NCBI RefSeq assembly: GCF_006345805.1
Contig: NC_043004.1
Coordinates: forward strand, 90,148,001-90,212,000
Direction: 5' to 3'
DNA from: Octopus sinensis
Lineage: Eukaryota
DNA: 64,000 nt
The notes beneath the pieces are model-generated. The model was not told the DNA's origin. It did no database searches and worked only from the letters and a program-made list of their open reading frames with translations. The translations under genes were made by a program, and so were the position numbers. Positions 25,858-37,580 of the stretch are shown one piece after another. Every line of letters starts with the position of its first letter. Position 1 is the first letter of the stretch.

Positions 25858-26877
25858 TTAGTTTTTTTTCTTCACCGAGATATGGTCTGTTTTTCTCTCA
25901 CAGGATTTCCCTTGATTAATGAATTGTTTTGCGCTTTCCGTGAAAATAACAACAACAATTAAATTTATAAAGATTGTCAAAAATATCGCCCCAAATGTGC
26001 TAGAAAATGTTGGAGGGTCTTTCTCATACAATGATGTCTTCCATTCTACTATATCTTCGTAAATACCATCCAGCTGTTTCCATGAGACCATCATGATACA
26101 AATATGAAACAACTGGTGACTGTGTCCCAAAAAGTCGAATTTTCCAGGGAAGAAACGCTGTGGAATGTCTGAACCAAAGAAGAACCCAGCCATTATAAAC
26201 CAGATCATCTGTTCTATGTGATGTGGGAGGCCTTTGTCCCACTCCGATGTCAAAATCATTAATAAAACCCGATGTGCGATTGGTAAAATAAGTAATGCAT
26301 AGATTCCGCCAACAGAACCCAGTTGCCAGACTTTTCGAATAAATGGGTAAGGTCGTTTGTACCGCACTTTTGAAATACTGCAACAGAGACACACGCAAAC
26401 ACCAAGGATCACTCCAACAGGAATGATCCAGCTCTGCAAAATTCCAATGTTGAAAGACGGAAGCATGCAGTAGTTGTAATGAAGAATAATACTGCCAATT
26501 CCATAGAGACCAATTCCAGCATAATCAAACATGAAGCATGTGTAATGGGCAAGTTCAGAACGTGATTGCAGGCAATGGGCCAAGCTGCTGCAGAGATATA
26601 AAATGACAATACTTAGAATACCTGAGGTCAAAGGCCACATGTAAGGGTCAGTGAATAGGCTGAATTCCTTGGAGAAGGTCATCATTTTCTTGATGACAAG
26701 GAGCATTGCAATGAGATGAGTCCATGAGTTCAGACATTCGTTATGTATTTGAAATAAGCTGAGGAAGTAGTAAGTCCATGGTTGGTGGATGTGTCGGAAA
26801 CCAGACAAAACATGTGGTTCGTGAAAGAGGAGGGGAACATGTTCTTTTGAAACAGTTGGCTTCATTAGTTGTACCAT
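25858..26877 (-). CDS. Membrane progestin receptor, PAQR family class II (PAQR7/PAQR8-like), 339 aa, single coding exon
   Basis: Intact ORF with PAQR motifs EPHVLSGFR...HNECLNSWTH, SSLAH...FDYAGI and PQRFFPGKFDFLGHSHQLFH, several hydrophobic helices and C-terminal KKKN. Start placed at ATG 26877 (gaaATGg), 20 nt after a splice acceptor. The ORF-track start at 26913 lies in the intron. Confidence 0.93.
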   Translation of the reverse strand: MVQLMKPTVSKEHVPLLFHEPHVLSGFRHIHQPWTYYFLSLFQIHNECLNSWTHLIAMLLVIKKMMTFSKEFSLFTDPYMWPLTSGILSIVILYLCSSLAHCLQSRSELAHYTCFMFDYAGIGLYGIGSIILHYNYCMLPSFNIGILQSWIIPVGVILGVCVCLCCSISKVRYKRPYPFIRKVWQLGSVGGIYALLILPIAHRVLLMILTSEWDKGLPHHIEQMIWFIMAGFFFGSDIPQRFFPGKFDFLGHSHQLFHICIMMVSWKQLDGIYEDIVEWKTSLYEKDPPTFSSTFGAIFLTIFINLIVVVIFTESAKQFINQGKSCERKTDHISVKKKN

Positions 26878-26897
26878 TTCTTCAGCTGAAGTATTTC

Positions 26898-26925
26898 CTG
26901 GTAAAATAAACAAAAAGCACAGAAA
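26898..26925 (-). promoter_or_regulatory. Splice acceptor upstream of the PAQR coding exon
   Basis: Minus strand ctttctgtgctttttgtttattttaccag|gaaatac: polypyrimidine tract plus CAG. Implies an upstream exon at higher coordinates. Confidence 0.75.
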
Positions 26926-27197
26926 GTCAGTGAATATATTTCATGTATTGATAAACCTACATCAATTTTGAACAAACAACAATAAACATAATTTCAATTA
27001 GTAGTTGTAAATATTCACACTCAAATCTTACCACAATCACTGTATCGTGGTCTTTTAACTCAACAGCTAGCTGTACAAAAATTAAAGGCTATAATGCATC
27101 AAGTCTATTGTACTAAAGTTCCAGCCATGCAACTAACTCTATTCCATTTTAACTGACCAAAGTACCACTAGATATGTAATACTGCAGAAATCTATAG

Positions 27198-27582
27198 CTC
27201 TTTTACTCTTTTATTTGTTTCAGTCATTTGACTGCGGCCATGCTGGAGCACCGCCTTTAATCGAGCAACTCGACCCCGGGACTTTTTCTTTTGTAAGCCC
27301 AGTACTTATTCTATCGGTCTCTTTTGCCGAACCGCTAAGTAACGAGGACGTAAACACACCAGCATCGGTTGTCAAGCAATGCTAGGGGGACAAACACAGA
27401 CACACAAACACATACACGCATATATACATATATATGACGGGCTTCTTTCAGTTTCCGCCTACCAAATACACTCACAAGGCTTTGGTCGGCCTGAGGCTAT
27501 AGTAGAAGACATGCAGTGGGACTGAACTCGGAACCATGTGGTTGGTAAGCAAGCTACTTACCACACAGCCACTCCTGCACCT
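27198..27582 (-). mobile_element. SINE family A, near full length
   Basis: tRNA-like head, internal TA/CA microsatellite, (taaaagag) tail. Confidence 0.9.
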
Positions 27583-28126
27583 AACAAAAGCATGAAAAAA
27601 GTGGCTAAGTAAGGTGCTAGGTATAGCACTTAACTCTACTTAATCTGGGTTCCACACCTACTTCACAGGTGAATGGTTAGTAATAGAAAGGGCCATCAGT
27701 CAGCAGTAAATACAACTGCCCTATAACATCAAAAATAGTGCTAGTATGTGTTTGATTAACCTGCCAGAAATAACCAAAATTTCCCTCAAATCACATCTTA
27801 CCAACTACAAAAATGAAAGACACACTAGATAAAGTAGTCATACTGTATTTGAAAAATAAGACAGGATGGTCCTAGCTGGAGCACCTTTGATCATAGTCCA
27901 GCTGGATTTGAGACTAAGCAACAACAACTACACTAACAAAATACTTCCACACCAATGTGAATTTAAAAAATGAATGTTAAGTGTTATTCTCATCCTTGTC
28001 ATCATAATATCTGCTTTTCCAAATTTGTTTGGTTCAGATGAAATCTGTTGAAGCAGACTTTCTATCGCTGTTGCCAACAGGCATTTATTCCCAAGTCAAG
28101 GTAATATTTTTCTAGCCTTTTGAACA

Positions 28127-28570
28127 GGCGCAGGAGTGGCTGTGTGGTAAGTAGCTTGCTAACCAACCACATGGTTCCAGGTTCAGTCCCACTGCGTGGC
28201 ATCTTGGGCAAGTGTCTTCTGCTATAGCCCCGGGCCGACCAATGCCTTGTGAGTGGATTTGGTAGACGGAAACTGAAAGAAGCCTGTCGTATATATGTAT
28301 ATATATATATATGTGTGTGTGTGTATGTGTGTGTATATGTTTGTGTGTCTGTGTTTGTCCCTCTAGCATTGCTTGACAACCAATGCTGGTGTGTTTACGT
28401 CCCCCGTCACTTAGCGGTTCGGCAGAAAGAGACCGATAGAATAAGTACTGGGCTTACAAAGAATAAGTCCCGAGGTCGATTTGCTCAACTAAAGGCGGTG
28501 CTCCAGCGTGGCCGCAGTCAAATGACTGAAACAAGTAAAAGGAAAAAATAAATAAATAAATAAATAAATA
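28127..28570 (+). mobile_element. SINE family A, full length
   Basis: ggcgcaggagtggctgtgtggtaagtagc...aaatgactgaaacaagtaaaag with a (AAAT)n tail. Confidence 0.9.
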
Positions 28571-29037
28571 ATGGCAGTACATGTTTTCAGAGAAGATCAC
28601 AAATGAACGCCGCTTGTATGACAGTGCTACTTGTTTACAATTAGTACACAATCTCAAAACAAGGTGACATGAACACACACACACACACACAAAGGCAAAC
28701 AAGTTTAAACTTTGCAGTCATTGTCAACCTTTTCCTAGTAAAAGTTTAATAAATATGTACTCTACTAAAAAGTACTGAGTAATCCTTTAGTTTACTGTTA
28801 AATTGTTTTTTTTGCATAACTTGACAGAAAAGCAATTGTTATTAATACACACACACACACACACATGGACGCACTTACACGTGCACACACACACGCACGC
28901 ACAATGGACTCTTCTTTTAGTTAAAAAGGCACTAACTAGTGCTTGCCAAGTTACAGGTCCCAGGCAAAATTGAATCTTTCAGAGCCAATAAAATACCGTA
29001 CCTATCAGGTACTGGGATTGATGACATTAACTAACTT

Positions 29038-29312
29038 CATCATCATCGTTTAGCGTCCGCTTTCCATGCTAGCATGGGTTGGACGGTTCAACTGGGGTCT
29101 GGGAAGCCAGAAGGCTGCGCCAGGCCCAGTCTGATCTGGCAGTGTTTCTATGGCTGGATGCCCTTCCTAACGCCAACCACTCCGTGAGTGTAGGGGGTGC
29201 TTTTTACGTGCCAGACAAGGCTGGCAATGGCCACGATCGGATGGTGCTTTTTATGTGCCACCGGCACGAGGCCAATCGGGGCGGCGCTGGCAACGGCCAC
29301 GTTCGGATGGTT
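29038..29312 (-). mobile_element. SINE family D copy
   Basis: Reverse complement of the family D core, with a (CAT)n tail on the + strand. Confidence 0.8.
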
Positions 29313-29609
29313 CCTTCTCTAAAAACTACTGGCCTCATGCTTGAATCAGAAATCATTATTATTATTATTATGAAGTCACTGAACTGGTAGAAATGTTAGT
29401 GTGTCAGACAAAAATGCTTAGCAGCAATTCTTCTGCTTTTTTACATTCTGATTTCAAATTCTGCCAAAGTTAACTTTGTTTCTCATTCTTTGAGGGACAA
29501 TAAGACAAGTACAAGTTGAGTACTGAAGTTGATGTAACCGACTTCACCCTCCCCTCAAAACTGCTGGCCTGCATCAGAACTAGAAAGAATTATTATTATT
29601 ATTATTATT

Positions 29610-30154
29610 GAGAGAGCAGTGCATGCCATCAAAGTTGCACTAACATACAAATATACAAAGCCCAGTATACCTATCAGGACTACCCATGTGATAAGGGTAC
29701 ACCAGACACATGCATCACAACCATATGTGTGTGACATGGGGATCTCATATCAAGATAAACACCACACGACCTTGCAGGTGGGACCCAGTTAGAAATTTCT
29801 TAAGGTCAAGTAGCCCATCCCACTGAAAAGGTCCCTGAATAAGGGTTGTTTAAGAGTGTTGAATGAAACACCTATGTTTCCAGAGGTGAATTATTCCAAC
29901 CCCAAAGAATCCCTCTCAACACATGGCTATGATGCTCCCCCACTACTTCTGCTTGTATCAGAGATGCACATATCGTCAGCCACCAAGGGACAGCTGGTTA
30001 TGGTCAAGCAACTCAGAAGCAAATCTGTGGTACTGAGCAGAATATTTGCTGTAAGCCTATCTTTTACACCAAGACAAAACAATGTACATGATAACACTTC
30101 CAATCATTTAAGATCAGAAGCCATGAGAGCCACTGCCTGGTACTGCATCAGGGC

Positions 30155-30157
<3 letters not shown>
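29610..30157 (-). mobile_element. Full-length (AAT)n-flanked non-coding repeat (same family as 8608-9075)
   Basis: Flanked on both sides by (ATT)n; homologous to 8608-9075. Confidence 0.75.
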
Positions 30158-30198
<41 letters not shown>

Positions 30199-31212
30199 GG
30201 GCAGTGAGCTGGTAGAATCATGCTGGGCGAAGTGCCTAGTGGTATTTCATCTGTTGATGAAGTAGTGAGCTGGCAGAATCGTTAGCACGCCAGACTAAAA
30301 TGCGTAGCCGTATTTCGTCTGCCGTTACGTTCTGAGTTAAAATCCCGCCGAGGTCGACTTTGCCTTTCATCCTTTCGGGGTCGATAAATTAAGTACCAGT
30401 TATGCATTGGGGTTGATATAATCGACTTAATCCGTTTGTCTGTCCTTGTTTGTCCTCTCTGTGTTTAGCCCCTTGTGGCTAGTAAAGAAATAGGTATTTC
30501 ATCTGTTGCTACATACTGAATTCAAATTTGGCCGAGGTTGACTTTGCCTTCATCCTTTCAGAGTTGATGCTGATGTGATCAACTATCCCCTCCTGCCAAG
30601 TTTCAAGCCTTGTGCCTATTAGTAGAAGGATTATTATTGTTAGGGTGGTGAGTTGGCAGAATCCTTACTGTGCTGGGTAAAATGCTTCGTGGCATTTCGT
30701 TTTTCTGTATGTTCTGAATTCAAATGCCACCGAGGTTGATGAAACAAGTACCAGTTATGATATAATCAACCAGCCATTCCCTGCAAATTTCACGTCTTGT
30801 GCTTAGTAGAAAGGATTATGATTACTATTGTTGCTCTTATTAAGGTGGCGAGATGGCAGAACTGTTAGCACGCTGAACAAAATGCTTAGAGGCATTTGGT
30901 CAGCCTTTACATTCTGAGTTCAAATTCAGCAAGGTCGATTTTGCCTTGCGTCCTTTTTGGGTTGATAAACCAATTTCTTTATTACTCACAAGGGGCTAAA
31001 CATAGAGGGGACAAACAAGGACAGACACAGGTATTAAGTCGATTATATCGACCCCAGTGCGAACTGGTACTTTATTATCGACCCCGAATGGATGAAAGGC
31101 AAAGTCGACCTCGGCGGAATTTGAACTCAGAACGTAACGACAGGCGAATACCGCTAAGCATTTCGCCCGGCGTGCTAACGTTTCTGCCAGCTCACCGCCT
31201 CAAAAGTTAAGT

Positions 31213-31282
31213 TGCATCGGCCGGAAACGAACCCAGGCCGCCCGCGTGGCAGGCGAGCATTCTACCACTGAACCACCGATGG
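31213..31282 (-). pseudogene. tRNA-Gly(GCC) retro-pseudogene, duplicated copy with an extra 1-nt deletion in the T arm
   Basis: Duplicate of 33389-33459. Confidence 0.8.
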
Positions 31283-31449
31283 GTTGATAAACCAGTAGCA
31301 GTTGAGTACCGAGATAGATGCAATTGGCTGGCCCCCACCCCCATAAAATTTCAGGTCTTCTGCCTATAATAGAAAGAATTATTATTATTGCTGTTTTTAT
31401 TTGAAATATTTAGTTTGGATGTTACACGAGAAGACAAAGCCTTGAGCGT

Positions 31450-32115
31450 TTGATTGGTCTTTTCCACGGTGGGGGTTGGGTGATCCTGTGGTGATTAAAG
31501 AGACAGGAAAATTGTCATGTATGATAAAAATCTTGATTTAAACTTTTAAAACTTGTCCAATATGTCAGCAAAGAAGAATTATATGGATGCAAATGCCACT
31601 TTGTTTTCTCATTAATAAAAAGAAGCAAAATGGAATCTATCCCCATATATTTTAGTGGAGTTGGGTTATTATTTGTCAACTTGGGGGGGGGGGGGCACTG
31701 CACTTGGTAACAACTGGAAAACTTAAATCTTTGACTGCAAAATTAAGTTTCATGTTTATTCTGGTAATAATGTTAAGTACCTACTCAAAAATAGATTTGG
31801 TATTTTCTGCAGGTCACGTTGCCTCAGTGAACTTGGTTCCAAACATGGTTCCAGACATGACATTCCTCAACAAGTGATAGTTCGGTACATAAAACTGCTT
31901 TCAGTAATTAAGGGTAATGAAATTTCGAGAAGAGATATCTGATTTCGACAGTAAAACGGTTAGAGAAAGAGGACGAAGCCAGTGGGTGGGGACTGAGAAA
32001 GCGGCTATCCCATGATTGTAGCTGATGGTTAGACAGAATGATCCAGTAATTTGGTAAGGTGAATGTAGGGTAGGAACAGACGTTTGGAGGCATTATATGT
32101 GAAAGTGTATTCAAC
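31450..32115 (-). mobile_element. Highly degenerate PLE-like RT remnant (duplicated at ~33630-34295)
   Basis: Decayed motifs MLNTL, YNHGIAAF, GTMFGTKF and FFADIL, in the same order as PLE RT motifs. Confidence 0.45.
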
Positions 32116-32372
32116 ATACTTATTTCTTTACTACCCACAAGGGGCTAAACATAGAGGGGACGAACAAGTACAGACAAACGGATTAAGTCGATTATATCGA
32201 CCCCAGTGCATAACTGGTGCTTAATTTATCGACTCAGAAAGGATGAAAGGCAAAGTCGACCTCGGTGGAATTTGAACTCAGAACGTAACGGCGGACGAAA
32301 TACCACTAAGCATTTTACCCGGCGTGCTAACGGTTCTGGCATACTGAGTTCAAATCCTACCAAAGTCAACTT

Positions 32373-32411
<39 letters not shown>

Positions 32412-33145
32412 TAATAATAATAAACTGTACAAATCAGATACTGGAGTCAGGTAGATTATATTCTTCTTGCCAATTTAGGGTATAACTCCCAAAATTAGAA
32501 ATCTGAGTTCAAATTCCGCTGAGGTCGACTTTGCCTTCATCCTTTCGGGGTCGATAAATTAAGTACCAGTTATGCATTGGGGTTGATATAATCGACTTAA
32601 TCCGTTTGTCTGTCCTTGTTTGTCCTCTCTGTGTTTAGCCCCTTGTGGCTAGTAAAGAAATAGGTATTTCATCTGTTGCTACATACTGAATTCAAATTTG
32701 GCCGAGGTTGACTTTGCCTTTCATCCTTTCAGAGTTGATGCTGATGTGATCAACTATCCCCTCCTGCCAAGTTTCAAGCCTTGTGCCTATTAGTAGAAAG
32801 GATTATTATTGTTAGGGTGGTGAGTTGGCAGAATCCTTACTGTGCTGGGTAAAATGCTTCGTGGCATTTCGTTTTTCTGTATGTTCTGAATTCAAATGCC
32901 ACCGAGGTTGATGAAACAAGTACCAGTTATGATATAATCAACCAGCCATTCCCTGCAAATTTCACGTTTTGTGCTTAGTAGAAAGGATTATGATTACTAT
33001 TGTTGCTCTTATTAAGGTGGCGAGATGGCAGAACTGTTAGCACGCTGAACAAAATGCTTAGAGGCATTTGGTCAGCCTTTACATTCTGAGTTCAAATTCC
33101 AGCAAGGTCGATTTTGCCTTGCGTCCTTTTTGGGTTGATAAACCA

Positions 33146-33377
33146 ATTTCTTTATTACTCACAAGGGGCTAAACATAGAGGGGACAAACAAGGACAGACA
33201 CAGGTATTAAGTCGATTATATCGACCCCAGTGCGAAACTGGTACTTTATTTATCGACCCCGAATGGATGAAAGGCAAAGTCGACCTCGGCGGAATTTGAA
33301 CTCAGAACGTAACGACAGGCGAAATACCGCTAAGCATTTCGCCCGGCGTGCTAACGTTTCTGCCAGCTCACCGCCTC
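33146..33377 (-). mobile_element. Young SINE family B copy (part of the tRNA-SINE chimera; duplicate at ~30973-31201)
   Basis: Head ggcggtgagctggcagaaacgttagcacg...gagttcaaattcc, core gcctttcatcc.ttcggggtcgataaa, tail aaagaaat. Confidence 0.9.
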
Positions 33378-33388
33378 AAAAGTTAAGT

Positions 33389-33459
33389 TGCATCGGCCGG
33401 GAAACGAACCCAGGCCGCCCGCGTGGCAGGCGAGCATTCTACCACTGAACCACCGATGG
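33389..33459 (-). tRNA. tRNA-Gly(GCC), probably a retroposed pseudogene
   Basis: Minus strand cCATCGGTGGTTCAGTGGTAGAATGCTCGCCTGCCACGCGGGCGGCCtGGGTTCGtTTCCCGGCCGATGCA, 71 nt. Differs from canonical metazoan tRNA-Gly-GCC at G1, one T-stem base and A58 of the B box. Followed by trailer acttaac and TTTT. Confidence 0.85.
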
Positions 33460-34547
33460 GTTGATAAACCAGTAGCAGTTGAGTACCGAGATAGATGCAA
33501 TTGGCTGGCCCCCACCCCCATAAAATTTCAGGTCTTCTGCCTATAATAGAAAGAATTATTATTATTGCTGTTTTTATTTGAAATATTTAGTTTGGATGTT
33601 ACACGAGAAGACAAAGCCTTGAGCGTTTGATTGGTCTTTTCCACGGTGGGGGTTGGGTGATCCTGTGGTGATTAAAGAGACAGGAAAATTGTCATGTATG
33701 ATAAAAATCTTGATTTAAACTTTTAAAACTTGTCCAATATGTCAGCAAAGAAGAATTATATGGATGCAAATGCCACTTTGTTTTCTCATTAATAAAAAGA
33801 AGCAAAATGGAATCTATCCCCATATATTTTAGTGGAGTTGGGTTATTATTTGTCAACTTGGGGGGGGGGGCACTGCACTTGGTAACAACTGGAAAACTTA
33901 AATCTTTGACTGCAAAATTAAGTTTCATGTTTATTCTGGTAATAATGTTAAGTACCTACTCAAAAATAGATTTGGTATTTTCTGCAGGTCACGTTGCCTC
34001 AGTGAACTTGGTTCCAAACATGGTTCCAGACATGACATTCCTCAACAAGTGATAGTTCGGTACATAAAACTGCTTTCAGTAATTAAGGGTAATGAAATTT
34101 CGAGAAGAGATATCTGATTTCGACAGTAAAACGGTTAGAGAAAGAGGACGAAGCCAGTGGGTGGGGACTGAGAAAGCGGCTATCCCATGATTGTAGCTGA
34201 TGGTTAGACAGAATGATCCAGTAATTTGGTAAGGTGAATGTAGGGTAGGAACAGACGTTTGGAGGCATTATATGTGAAAGTGTATTCAACATACTTATTT
34301 CTTTACTACCCACAAGGGGCTAAACATAGAGGGGACGAACAAGTACAGACAAACGGATTAAGTCGATTATATCGACCCCAGTGCATAACTGGTGCTTAAT
34401 TTATCGACTCAGAAAGGATGAAAGGCAAAGTCGACCTCGGTGGAATTTGAACTCAGAACGTAACGGCGGACGAAATACCACTAAGCATTTTACCCGGCGT
34501 GCTAACGGTTCTGGCATACTGAGTTCAAATCCTACCAAAGTCAACTT

Positions 34548-34600
<53 letters not shown>

Positions 34601-35165
34601 CTGTACAAATCAGATACTGGAGTCAGGTAGATTATATTCTTCTTGCCAAATTTAGGGTATAACTCCCAAAATTAGAAATCTGAGTTCAAATTCCGCTGAG
34701 GTCGACTTTGCCTTTCATCCTGGAGTTGATGTAAACGACTAGTCCCCACCCCCAAAATTTCAGGCCTTGTGCCTATAGTAGAAAGGATTATCGTCATCAT
34801 CATCATCAGTAGTAGAAGCAGTTCTGAAGACTAGGTTTTAGTGCCTGTTTGTACACCACGTCCAAGTTAACTTTCTCTTCAGAACTGTTTGCTTATGATA
34901 TCGAAATATATGAGCAGTAGTTTTTATACTCGGAAGATGGGTATGAAGGGTGATAGTGCAAGTAGGACGGGTAAACTCTTATGCAATCAATGAAACAAGA
35001 TGAGATAGAGAACCAAACGAGCGAAATAGAGCAATGAACGTTTTCAGTGAATTTAGCGAAATTCTTGATTGAAGGAAAGTGAGAGGGAGAGACTGATGGG
35101 TAGAGAGAAGAGAAAAAAAGATACTCGAGGTAGAGACAGAAATCGAGATAGGTATGAGAGAGAGG

Positions 35166-35201
<36 letters not shown>

Positions 35202-35239
35202 GAAAGCGAGATACATAAAGGGATAGGTACTACTTGGGA

Positions 35240-35548
35240 ACAGTTTCTTTCCGTGTGTGTGTATGTGTGTTATAATTTGTTTCTCTCTCTCTCTGTATCC
35301 CTTGGTACTACTAGCGAACAGTGGTCCCGGTGCGCGCACACGCGCAGTCGCGCGTCCGCGCCAGCTAGTCGTGACTAGTCGATCCTTACTTTGCGTTTTT
35401 GTGTTTTTATTTACTCTGTTTAACAAAAATCATTTACTTTGTGCCAAAAAAAAAATTTATTTATTTTGTGTTTTATTTTACTTTGCTTAGGATCGACTAG
35501 TCACGACTAGCTAGTACCGGGACCACTGTTCGCTAGTAGTACCAAGGG

Positions 35549-35618
<70 letters not shown>

Positions 35619-35652
35619 ATATAACACACACACACACATGGAGAGAAATAGT
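35240..35652. repeat. CpG-rich inverted duplication with ~100 nt T-rich spacer
   Basis: ctgtatcccttggtactactagcgaacagtggtcccggt...agctagtcgtgactagtcgatcct is mirrored by aggatcgactagtcacgactagct..accgggaccactgttcgctagtagtaccaagggatacag. Confidence 0.9.
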
Positions 35653-35803
35653 GTTACACAAAACTAAACAAAATGTATATATAATGTATAAAAGTGTGTT
35701 GTGTATATTTACCTCGACATCAAAGCTGACGAGTTTCTTCTTCTCTACAACATAGAGATGTTTAATAATACTGGACAGTGTGTGAACGCTGAGCGTGAGT
35801 ATG

Positions 35804-35834
<31 letters not shown>

Positions 35835-35853
35835 TTGTGGATGGAAATCTATT

Positions 35854-35884
<31 letters not shown>

Positions 35885-36134
35885 GATATTTAGATGTATC
35901 TGTGTGTATATATATATATAGTTATACATTTATATATATATATATATATATATGTATATGTATACACACAGATACGTACACTCACATACAAATATATATA
36001 TACATATAAATGTGGATGTGTGTGTGTGTATGTATTTGTGGATGGAAATCTATTGTGTATGTGTGTGTGTGCCTGCGTGCGTGGATATCTGGATGTATCT
36101 GTGTGTGTATATATATATATATATATAGTTATAC

Positions 36135-36173
<39 letters not shown>

Positions 36174-36332
36174 CGTACACTCACATACATATATATATAT
36201 ATACATACAATTGTGGATGTGTTTGTGTATCTATTTGTGGATGGAAATACATTGTGTATGTGTGTCTGTGCCTGCGTGCGTGGATATCTGGATGTATCTA
36301 TATATATATATATATATATATATAGTTATACG

Positions 36333-36363
<31 letters not shown>

Positions 36364-36410
36364 GTACACTCACATACAAATATATATATATATATATACA
36401 CATATAAATG
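35835..36410. repeat. Three tandem ~190-200 bp microsatellite-rich units
   Basis: tgtggatggaaat..attgtgtatg...ggatat.t.gatgtatct...tacgtacactcacatac recurs at ~35836, 36037 and 36236. Confidence 0.85.
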
Positions 36411-36944
36411 TGTGTGTATGTGTATGTATGTATATGTGATTGCGTGTACGAATGTATGTATGTATGTATGTATGTATGTATGTATGTATGTGTGTGTGTG
36501 TATGAAAAAGAAGAGAGAGAGAGGTGAGGGGTTGAAAGACAAGCATGCTCTCATTAAAGATACAAAATATGTCTCCCTGTGCTGTGTGTGTGTATGCGTG
36601 CACGTGTGTGTGTGTATGTGTGTGTGTGTGCGTGTGTGCTTTTGTGTCTATATGAAGCTGTCTGTATCACACCACCTCCCCCATACATGTGTGCACACAC
36701 ACACACACACACACGCACACACATGAGCGCGTGCACACACACACACGTGACGTAACGTTACAAATAAAAACAAAAACGCTAAAGTCAACAGACGCCGGTT
36801 GATAGAAAATACAGGGAAGACGAGTGAAAGTGTCAAAGTGACGACGGAGGGAGGGACGAGCGCACACGGCTGATACTTACATGTATCCATGCATCCATGC
36901 GTGTGTGTGTGTGTTTTGCGTCTAGGGAGAGTCGTTACATCAAT

Positions 36945-37580
36945 TTCTCTCTTTACTCTCTCTTTTACTTGTTTCAGTCATTTGACTGCGGCCATGCTGG
37001 AGCACCGCCTTTAATCGAGCAACTCGAGCCCCCGCCCCCCCGGGACTTCTTTTTTTTTTTTTGTAAGCCCAGTACTTATTCTATCGGTCTCTTTTTGCCG
37101 AACCGCTAAGTAACGGGGACATAAACACACCAGCATCGGCTGTCAAGCAATGCTAGGGGTACAAACACAGATACACAAACACATACACACGGGCTTCTTT
37201 CAGTTTCCGTCTACCAAATCCACTCACAAGGCTTTGGTCGGCCCGAGGCTATAAGTAGAAGACACTTGCCCAAGGTGCCACGCAGTGGAACTGAACCCGG
37301 AACCATGTAGTTGGTAAACAAGCTACTTACCACACAGCCACTCCTGCATATTTCTTTACTGCCCACAAGGGGCTAAACATAGAGGGGACAAACAAGGACA
37401 GCCATAGGTATTAAATCGATTACATCGACCCCAGTGCGTAACTGGTACTTAATTTATCGACTCCGAAAGGACGAAAGGCAAAGTCGACCTCGGCGGAATT
37501 TGAACCCAGAACGTAACGGCAGACGAAATACGGCTACGCATTTCGCCCGGCATGCTAACGTTTCTGCCAGCTCGCCGCCT
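36945..37580 (-). mobile_element. Adjacent SINE family A (36945-37348) and family B (37350-37580)
   Basis: Match to the other copies in the window. Confidence 0.88.

Larger units (their letters stand above)
30331..34678. repeat. ~2.17 kb near-identical tandem duplication (30331-32501 / 32502-34678)
   Basis: Colinear identity throughout. Junctions fall in the SINE-B motif tctgagttcaaattccgc.gaggtcgactttgcc. Confidence 0.95.

Noticed and set aside
26024-26398. 124 aa ORF overlapping PAQR in another frame
   Set aside because: A shadow frame with no recognisable motif.
26878-26913. N-terminal extension MFILPGNTSAEE of the PAQR ORF
   Set aside because: It starts at a non-ATG codon inside the polypyrimidine tract. 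A coding upstream exon adding GNTSAEE cannot be excluded, but there is no evidence for one.
34893-35426. 177 aa minus-strand ORF
   Set aside because: It crosses (GA)n/(CA)n tracts and the inverted repeat and has no protein-like features.
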